A DNA stretch of 32,000 bases, taken from the sequence record NC_048074.1, one strand, 5' to 3'. This stretch comes from Acinetobacter phage vB_AbaM_B09_Aci01-1. Numbering within the stretch: the first letter of the stretch is position 1; the number at the start of each line of letters is the position of its first letter. Positions 6,676 through 11,381 of the stretch are shown piece after piece. Under the pieces are notes generated by a model. It ran no database searches and was not told where the DNA came from. It saw nothing but the letters and a program-made list of their open reading frames with translations. Both the position numbers and the translations under genes were made by a program.

Positions 6676-6831
6676 AATTATAATCCTGTGAATTATTAAT
6701 CCTGTCTATTGTTTATATTTACTTATTATTCCTTTCTATTATCATATTCTCTTATTAACAATTAAAAGTTATACCTTAATTATTAATATCCAGCGAATTT
6801 AATTAAATTAATAAAATAATTAAATTATTAC

Positions 6832-6860
6832 TTGACACCTTATTTACATTACTTTACAAT
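6832..6860 (+). promoter_or_regulatory. rightward promoter, TTGACA-17-TACAAT
   Basis: TTGACA at 6832-6837 and TACAAT at 6855-6860. An AT-rich palindrome lies 22 nt upstream. Confidence 0.55.
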
Positions 6861-6908
6861 AAAAGTCTTGACTTTTGAGAAAGTTGTGGTATAGTATTAT
6901 TCATAGAT
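6844..6908 (+). repeat. promoter cassette, copy 1
   Basis: TTACATTACTTTACAATAAAAGTCTTGAC...GTTGTGGTATAGTATTATTCATAGAT is repeated with few changes at 7133-7196. Confidence 0.7.
6868..6895 (+). promoter_or_regulatory. rightward promoter, TTGACT-16-TGgTATAGT
   Basis: TTGACT at 6868-6873, TGg at 6887-6889, TATAGT at 6890-6895. It is in tandem with the previous promoter. Confidence 0.55.
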
Positions 6909-6957
6909 CAGAGAAACACAACTTCTGATACCGATTCACCAACCCAAGGAGCAATAC

Positions 6958-7131
6958 ATGAGATGTATTTGTTGTGATACTCCTTTAACATCTTTTGATG
7001 ATCCTGATATGTGCAAGGTTTGCATTAAAGCAAGTCAAGACGAATCTACTAGATTCCGTGATCCACAACATGCACTCATCACAGATAAAGATTTTAGAAG
7101 AAAGTACAAACCACATAGACCTCAACGATAA
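6958..7131 (+). CDS. 57-aa zinc-ribbon-like early protein (MRCICCDTPL...MCKVCIKAS...)
   Basis: Not in the ORF track, which lists 6995..7183 in another frame. AAGGAG lies 6 nt upstream of the ATG at 6958. It has two CxxC pairs and a basic tail, and lies directly downstream of the tandem promoters. Confidence 0.55.
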   Translation: MRCICCDTPLTSFDDPDMCKVCIKASQDESTRFRDPQHALITDKDFRRKYKPHRPQR

Positions 7132-7132
7132 G

Positions 7133-7196
7133 TTACATAACTTTACAATAAAGTTCTTGACAAATCGAGAAATTGTGGTATAGTATTAGTATAGAT
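7133..7196 (+). repeat. promoter cassette, copy 2
   Basis: Near-duplicate of 6844-6908. It overlaps the 3' end of ORF 6958..7131. Confidence 0.7.
7157..7184 (+). promoter_or_regulatory. promoter of the tRNA array, TTGACA-16-TGgTATAGT
   Basis: TTGACA at 7157-7162, TGg at 7176-7178, TATAGT at 7179-7184. It lies about 65 nt upstream of the first tRNA. Confidence 0.6.
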
Positions 7197-7250
7197 TAAA
7201 TTATTTTTAATTTTAAATATTTACCTCCAATACTCAATAATAAGATATTT

Positions 7251-7339
7251 GGAGGGTAGCGTCAAGGTGACAAAGTGGACTTGAAATCCATGCCATTGGT
7301 TAGTAGCCGATGAAGGTTCGATTCCTTTACCCTCCTCCA
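7251..7339 (+). tRNA. tRNA-Ser (anticodon TGA), type II
   Basis: Hand fold: acceptor GGAGGGT/ACCCTCC; anticodon arm GTGGA-CTTGAAA-TCCAT; long variable arm ATTGG/CCGAT; T arm GAAGG-TTCGATT-CCTTT. CCA is encoded. Confidence 0.8.
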
Positions 7340-7392
7340 GATTCTAAATCAATTTAATTATTAATTTAATTAAATTCATTTAGGATTTCAAC

Positions 7393-7480
7393 GGTAGAAG
7401 AAATTCATAGGTTGTTTCGCTCCCTGCTAAGGAGATGGACTGCTAACGCGGTTGTGTTTCGATTACACCTTCTATCGCCA
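7393..7480 (+). tRNA. tRNA-Ser (anticodon GCT), type II
   Basis: Acceptor GGTAGAA/TTCTATC with one G.U. G18G19 are in canonical register. Anticodon loop CTGCTAA. Variable arm CTGC/GCGG. T loop TTCGATT. Discriminator G, then CCA. Confidence 0.7.
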
Positions 7481-7592
7481 AACATACTTCGGCTATTTCG
7501 CTACCGAAGGAGTTGGGATTTGCTGGTACAGACTCTTAGGCAAACCAGTCTATGGTAATTTAATTTTTTAATTAATTTAATTGAGGTGATTA

Positions 7593-7832
7593 ATGTTAGG
7601 TTTTAATACATGCTCTGATAAGATCGCAGCTAAAGCTGGTGATGCTTTTTCAGGAATGAAAGCAAAAATTAATAAAGGTATTGAAGATATTCAATCTGGT
7701 ATGAATAATCGCATTGGCCTTTTAGCTAAGGCTGAAGAAGAAGTTGCTAAACTTCGTGCTGGTATCGAGAAAGATAAGGCTAATATCAAAATTCTTCAAT
7801 CGAAGAGTGAAGCATTGGATGCTTTGATTTAA
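7593..7832 (+). CDS. small helical protein embedded in the tRNA array
   Basis: GAGGTG RBS. 79 aa, Ala/Lys/Glu-rich and heptad-like (EEEVAKLRAGIEKDKANIKILQSKSEALDALI). Followed by the hairpin GGTGACGT/ACGTCACC (7840-7895). Confidence 0.6.
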   Translation: MLGFNTCSDKIAAKAGDAFSGMKAKINKGIEDIQSGMNNRIGLLAKAEEEVAKLRAGIEKDKANIKILQSKSEALDALI

Positions 7833-7900
7833 GTTAGTTGGTGACGTGTTGGATGTTTAAAATAATGGAAGTTATTATAAGTATTTAACGTCACCTTGCT

Positions 7901-7977
7901 ACGCCATTAGCTCAGCTGGATAGAGCAATAGCCTTCTAAGCTAAAGGTCACAGGTTCGAATCCTGTATGGCGTACCA
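7901..7977 (+). tRNA. tRNA-Arg (anticodon TCT)
   Basis: Acceptor ACGCCAT/ATGGCGT; D arm GCTC-AGCTGGATA-GAGC; anticodon loop CTTCTAA; T arm ACAGG-TTCGAAT-CCTGT; A73 then CCA. Confidence 0.85.
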
Positions 7978-8090
7978 ATTATTTAAGAAAGAGATTAAAG
8001 TCACCATAAGGCTTGGTGTTCTACTCAAATCTCGAACAAGGGTAGATGACAAGGTCGAGCTTGTTACCACGATCTCTTTCTTAAATAATT
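7977..8090 (+). ncRNA. stem-closed spacer RNA A (19 bp perfect plus one U.G, 76-nt interior)
   Basis: 7977-7995 is the exact reverse complement of 8072-8090. The stem starts on the last A of the Arg CCA and ends 1 nt before tRNA-Phe. The interior does not fold as a tRNA. Confidence 0.5.
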
Positions 8091-8091
8091 T

Positions 8092-8167
8092 GGGGTTGTA
8101 ACTCAGTTGGTAGAGTGTCTGCCTGAAGAGCAGAAGGTCAGTGGTTCGATTCCACTCGGCCCCACCA
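8092..8167 (+). tRNA. tRNA-Phe (anticodon GAA)
   Basis: Acceptor GGGGTTG/CGGCCCC with two G.U pairs; D arm ACTC-AGTTGGTA-GAGT; anticodon arm TCTGC-CTGAAGA-GCAGA; T arm AGTGG-TTCGATT-CCACT; A73 then CCA. Confidence 0.9.
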
Positions 8168-8173
8168 AATTAT

Positions 8174-8251
8174 AGTTCTATAGCACATAGTGGTCTGTGC
8201 GCTTGGCTCATAACCAAGAGGATACTGGTTCGACTCCAGTTGGAACTACCA
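8174..8251 (+). tRNA. tRNA with anticodon CAT (elongator Met or Ile2; not initiator-like)
   Basis: Acceptor AGTTCTA/TGGAACT; D stem GCAC/GTGC; anticodon arm CTTGG-CTCATAA-CCAAG; T arm ACTGG-TTCGACT-CCAGT. CCA is encoded. The anticodon stem lacks the three G-C pairs of an initiator. Confidence 0.85.
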
Positions 8252-8256
8252 AATAT

Positions 8257-8342
8257 GTATGTGTGACCCGAATTGGTAAGGGAGCAGACTGTAACTCTGT
8301 TGTCAAAAGCAATTGTAGGTTCAAGTCCTACCACATACACCA
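8257..8342 (+). tRNA. tRNA-Tyr (anticodon GTA), type II
   Basis: Acceptor GTATGTG/CACATAC; anticodon arm GCAGA-CTGTAAC-TCTGT; long variable region; T arm GTAGG-TTCAAGT-CCTAC; A73 then CCA. Confidence 0.85.
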
Positions 8343-8348
8343 AACAAT

Positions 8349-8424
8349 GGTCGATTAGCTCAGTTGGTAGAGCAGTAGCCCGATAAGCTATTGGTCGCTG
8401 GTTCAAGTCCAGCATCGACTACCA
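8349..8424 (+). tRNA. tRNA-Ile (anticodon GAT)
   Basis: Acceptor GGTCGAT/ATCGACT; D arm GCTC-AGTTGGTA-GAGC; anticodon loop CCGATAA; T arm GCTGG-TTCAAGT-CCAGC; A73 then CCA. Confidence 0.9.
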
Positions 8425-8588
8425 AATAATCTCCCGATTGGGTTCGATTCCCGATTGTAACACGCTTTGAAAGTTTGAATACTCATGATAAGTTCAAATG
8501 AGTAGATGGGTTGTGTAAGTTGAAGTTAAGGGCGAGGTGGCCTGTTTCTTCAATGAGAAGGTTCGAATCCTTTGGAGACCAATTTTAT

Positions 8589-8667
8589 TGCCACGAATCC
8601 GAGCAAGGTGCATGGACCAGACTGTTAATCTGAGGTTAGATGGGTTCGATTCCCATAGTGGTAGCCA
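8589..8667 (+). tRNA. tRNA-Asn (anticodon GTT)
   Basis: Acceptor TGCCACG/AGTGGTA with one mismatch and one G.U. Anticodon loop CTGTTAA on a 4-bp stem. T arm ATGGG-TTCGATT-CCCAT. G73 then CCA. The D loop is long. Confidence 0.65.
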
Positions 8668-9016
8668 AATGAATGGTATGTTCTTCTTCCCTCCATTTAT
8701 GGAGTTCTAGTCGGCATACAGGCAGTAAGTATAGATACTTGAGACAAACATTGGTTCTCTCATTTCATCGTTTCGAAAGATTCTTGCTGTAACAGTTTTG
8801 ATGCAAAGTGGTTTTCTTTAAAACAGGCTTAGAAAGATACACGGTAGCAGAAACAGTGATTAAATTCACAAGATTATCAGCCATGTGCCTTGATAATTGT
8901 TGTCTGTTGATTGATGTCAGGTATATTGTAAAGGTTGAGGCTGAATAACAATATCATCAACGGCATTGAGGGATAGTGATCATAATACTCATTGCTTACG
9001 AAAAACCTGAGATTAT

Positions 9017-9089
9017 CATCCGATAGTTTAGTTGGTAAAACACAGACGGTTAAGTGCTGGAGTCGCTGTTTCGAAGTCAGCTCGGATGT
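9017..9089 (+). tRNA. aberrant tRNA-like gene (TTA at positions 34-36, G33, 3-bp anticodon stem, no CCA)
   Basis: Perfect acceptor CATCCGA/TCGGATG. Canonical D arm GTTT-AGTTGGTA-AAAC with G18G19. T arm GCTG(T)-TTCGAAG-(T)CAGC. The anticodon arm CAGAC-GGTTAAG-TGCTG pairs at only 3 positions. It is the only array member without an encoded CCA. Confidence 0.4.
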
Positions 9090-9136
9090 ACTGAATGACT
9101 TGAGTTTATGCAAACCTTATCAAGTAAATTAAAAAG

Positions 9137-9213
9137 GTTAGAGTTACGGTGTGTTTCGAGAAAGGGTAATCGACTGCCTTTGGAGCGCAGAATATGTAGG
9201 TTCGAGTCCTACC
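9137..9213 (+). tRNA. tRNA-Pro (anticodon TGG)
   Basis: Acceptor CGGTGTG/CGCACCG; D stem TCGA/TCGA; anticodon stem CTGC/GCAG with TGG central in the loop; T arm GTAGG-TTCGAGT-CCTAC; A73 then CCA. Confidence 0.75.
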
Positions 9214-9361
9214 GCACCGACCAAATTTAAAGACATGACCATGTATTGAGCGAGTGGTATCCCATAGTGGAGAGAAGTCAATCTGGTCAGTGGAAAGGTA
9301 ATCGCCATGAAGGATTAACTAATCTGGTGAAAATACATGTTAGAGTAACCAGCAAGATTCT

Positions 9362-9437
9362 GGCCTTGTAGCATAGCGGATTATGCGCCTCCCTGTCTAG
9401 GAGGAATACGTGGGTTCGAGTCCCATCAAGGTCGCCA
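9362..9437 (+). tRNA. tRNA-Asp (anticodon GTC)
   Basis: Acceptor GGCCTTG/CAAGGTC; D stem GCAT/ATGC; anticodon arm CCTCC-CTGTCTA-GGAGG; T arm GTGGG-TTCGAGT-CCCAT; G73 then CCA. Confidence 0.9.
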
Positions 9438-9742
9438 AACGTTCGAAGCGGATTGACGTAAATGATCAGGTAGCTCCTGTGACTGAGAAGTCTATGATAT
9501 GGTAAGCTAAGTAGCTTCCCTTCGAGAATAGTGAGTGGTGTACAACACGAGCGAAGCGGTGAAGAAGCTACCGTACCTACACAGAGAACACGGATTTTGC
9601 GACAATCTTCTGTACCTCTGCTACTGTGGTATTAAGTGCCTAATGAATTTCAAGAATAGGTCAAAGACTTCCAAACACTCTGTTGAGATGTTAGAGAAGC
9701 AAACGGAGCTGAGTACCTATCTCATATAATAGCTCCCTTTAA

Positions 9743-9816
9743 TCTCGTGTGATGTAACGGTAGCATACTTGTTTTGTAGTCAAGTAGTTCGGGTTCAAAT
9801 CCTGACATGAGAACCA
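9743..9816 (+). tRNA. tRNA-Thr (anticodon TGT)
   Basis: Acceptor TCTCGTG/CATGAGA; D stem ATGT/GCAT; anticodon loop TTTGTAG on a CTTG/CAAG stem; T arm TCGGG-TTCAAAT-CCTGA; A73 then CCA. Confidence 0.75.
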
Positions 9817-9883
9817 ATTGTTTATATTAGGAAGTGTACTTGTCCTACATTTCACTAATATAAATAACATAGAGGACAAGGCT

Positions 9884-10378
9884 ATGGAAGAAATTTGGAA
9901 ACCCGTTGTTGGGTATGAAGACTTATTTGAGATTTCCAGTTTAGGCAGACTGTTATCAAAAAGGTCTGGTAGGATACTGAAACAACATAGACACCCTCAA
10001 GGTTATATGAATGTGTCTACAAGGATAGGTGGACGTTTAGGGAAGAATGTGTGTTTTAAGATTCACAGAGTAGTTGCGGAAGCTTTTCTAAGTAATCCAG
10101 ATTCAAAACCAACAGTAAATCATATTGATGGAGTTAAACACAACAACATTCTATCGAATTTGGAGTGGGCAACATATCAAGAAAATTCACAACATGCTGT
10201 AGATACAGGATTATCTGTCCCAGTGGCAAGAGTTGAAATTAGGAAAGTTGAAGATCATGGAAAACTTTTGGAAGATTTTAAAAGTGGCAACTACACACAC
10301 CGAGAACTAGCTGTTAAGTATGGTGTGCATCATACAACTATCGGCAGAATAGTTAGAGGTGAAAGGTATGTATTGTAA
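9884..10378 (+). CDS. HNH (HNH_3/NUMOD4-type) homing endonuclease with a C-terminal HTH
   Basis: The N-terminal WKPVVGYEDLFEISSLGRL is NUMOD4-like. The His-Me finger reads VNHIDGVKHNNILSNLEWATYQENSQHA. The C-terminal RELAVKYGVHHTTIGRIVRG is an HTH. I use the ATG at 9884 because the track start at 9818 abuts the tRNA. Confidence 0.85.
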   Translation: MEEIWKPVVGYEDLFEISSLGRLLSKRSGRILKQHRHPQGYMNVSTRIGGRLGKNVCFKIHRVVAEAFLSNPDSKPTVNHIDGVKHNNILSNLEWATYQENSQHAVDTGLSVPVARVEIRKVEDHGKLLEDFKSGNYTHRELAVKYGVHHTTIGRIVRGERYVL

Positions 10379-10394
10379 AATTTAGAGGTTTGAG

Positions 10395-10700
10395 ATGGAA
10401 CATATTGCACATGGCAATTATATTTTAGTCGAAGATATCGACAACGAGCAAGTAACAGATGGTGGTATCGTATTAGCTACTGGTGTTGTGAAGCAAGAAA
10501 TTTCAAAACGTTCTCGTGTAGTTTCTGTTTCAGAAAAGCTTGAACGACAGTTTGAAGAAATGGGGTATAAACTTCCGATTAAAAATGGTGATGTTATTTA
10601 CCGTCGATATTTCTCAGGTAATGAGATTAAGACTCGTGATAACAAAACTTTAAATGCACTACATATTGATGATGTGCTATCAAAAGAATTTACGGGTTGA
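10395..10700 (+). CDS. GroES/Cpn10-like co-chaperonin
   Basis: ILVEDI...TDGGIVLATG resembles the mobile-loop region. ...SRVVSVS...IKNGDVIYRRY...LHIDDVLSKEF follows the GroES pattern. AGAGG RBS. Confidence 0.7.
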   Translation: MEHIAHGNYILVEDIDNEQVTDGGIVLATGVVKQEISKRSRVVSVSEKLERQFEEMGYKLPIKNGDVIYRRYFSGNEIKTRDNKTLNALHIDDVLSKEFTG

Positions 10701-10764
10701 CCACTGGGTGGTGACGAGGCTCCAAACCTTGTCTTGCTACGTTCGATTCGTAGTCGATCTGCCA
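10694..10764 (+). tRNA. tRNA-Trp (anticodon CCA) with a reduced D arm
   Basis: Acceptor GGGTTGA/TCGATCT with G.U pairs. Anticodon arm CGAGG-CTCCAAA-CCTTG, extendable to 7 bp. T arm CTACG-TTCGATT-CGTAG. G73 then CCA. Only 14 nt lie between the acceptor and anticodon stems. The 5' end overlaps the TGA stop of the GroES-like gene. Confidence 0.6.
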
Positions 10765-10891
10765 TTTAAGCGTTGCATCGTTTAAGGTTTTCATAAGTTT
10801 TGACCTCAATAAAGCTTAGTGATTACGTCACACCACTGTAGTAACGATAGGTGTATAGCATTGGGTAGTGAAACAAGTAAGTGACAGTAAT

Positions 10892-10967
10892 TGGGACGTA
10901 GTGTAGTTGGTTAGCACATGAGACTTTGACTCTCATAGATTCAGTTCGAACCTGAACGTCCCTTCCA
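10892..10967 (+). tRNA. tRNA-Gln (anticodon TTG)
   Basis: Acceptor TGGGACG/CGTCCCT with a 1-72 U.U mismatch. D arm GTGT-AGTTGGTTA-GCAC. Anticodon arm TGAGA-CTTTGAC-TCTCA. T arm TTCAG-TTCGAAC-CTGAA. CCA is encoded. Confidence 0.8.
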
Positions 10968-10970
10968 TTT

Positions 10971-11058
10971 TAAAGATATGTAATCTTGCTTCCGTAGAAG
11001 GTACTGACAATCTCACTTGATGTGTGCCGAGGTAAGTGGTGAGGATTACATATCTTTA
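10971..11058 (+). ncRNA. stem-closed spacer RNA B (15 bp perfect, extendable to 17 bp; 54-58 nt interior)
   Basis: TAAAGATATGTAATC (10971-10985) is the exact reverse complement of 11044-11058. U.G and U-A pairs extend the stem inward. It starts 3 nt after the tRNA-Gln CCA. Confidence 0.45.
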
Positions 11059-11107
11059 TGATGGTTCATCCTCCGACAATTCTTTTAAGTTGTGCATGAC
11101 TTACCTG

Positions 11108-11211
11108 AGTTGGCTGGTGCTGAGAGGGTAAATAGGAATGCTGCTTTAAGTAAAATGCAAATAGCTTAAAGTAAGGTCTTAGTTGGGTTCGATTCCCAAG
11201 TGAACTCCCCA
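11108..11211 (+). other. oversized tRNA-like element (canonical T arm, C-rich tail ending CCA)
   Basis: T arm TTGGG-TTCGATT-CCCAA (11183-11199) followed by GTGAACT-CCCCA. A possible 5' acceptor partner AGTTGGC (11108-11114) gives 6 of 7 pairs. The span is about 100 nt and I could not build D or anticodon arms. It contains the 7-bp hairpin CTTTAAG/CTTAAAG. Confidence 0.25.
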
Positions 11212-11372
11212 AATTATTAAGAGAAGGTAATTCGCTAATATCGACGGGTATTTGATGCTGTATTGATAGGCGCGTTATGAGTTCGACTCTCACAGGCAGA
11301 TTGGTTGCTATGCTGAAATTCTAGGATTCTATACAGTGACATTAATAGTGAGTTATCTTCTCTTAATAATTT
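11211..11372 (+). ncRNA. stem-closed spacer RNA C (27-bp stem including 3 G.U; 108-nt interior)
   Basis: 11211-11226 is the exact reverse complement of 11357-11372. Pairing continues through 11227-11237 with 11346-11356, using three G.U/U.G pairs that exist only in the plus-strand RNA. The interior holds an orphan T-arm-like motif, ATGAG-TTCGACT-CTCAC. Confidence 0.5.
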
Positions 11373-11381
11373 GTTTTAGGA

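Noticed and set aside
6995-7183. 62-aa plus-strand ORF in the track.
   Set aside because: It has no RBS and runs through the promoter cassette. The overlapping frame 6958..7131 has AAGGAG at ideal spacing and two CxxC pairs.
8170-8415. 81-aa minus-strand ORF.
   Set aside because: It lies entirely antisense to four well-folded tRNA genes (CAT, Tyr, Ile and the end of Phe).
9017-9089. Genome-wide stop-codon reassignment implied by a TTA-anticodon tRNA-like gene.
   Set aside because: All long genes in the window terminate cleanly at TAA, TGA or TAG in the standard code with normal lengths. The anticodon arm is also malformed, with G33 and a 3-bp stem.
8877-9113. 78-aa minus-strand ORF.
   Set aside because: It is antisense to the tRNA-like gene at 9017-9089 and has no RBS.
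9535-9729. 64-aa plus-strand ORF in the Asp-Thr spacer.
   Set aside because: It has a GTG start without an SD and a Cys/Leu-rich odd composition. I keep it only as a caveat in the spacer finding.
9859-9866. TATAAATA (the T4 late-promoter consensus) 18 nt upstream of the HNH gene.
   Set aside because: It is a single occurrence. None of the late structural gene starts in the window carries it, so it is probably chance in AT-rich DNA.
11066-11293. 75-aa minus-strand ORF.
   Set aside because: It is antisense to the T-arm element and the stem of spacer element C, and has no RBS.
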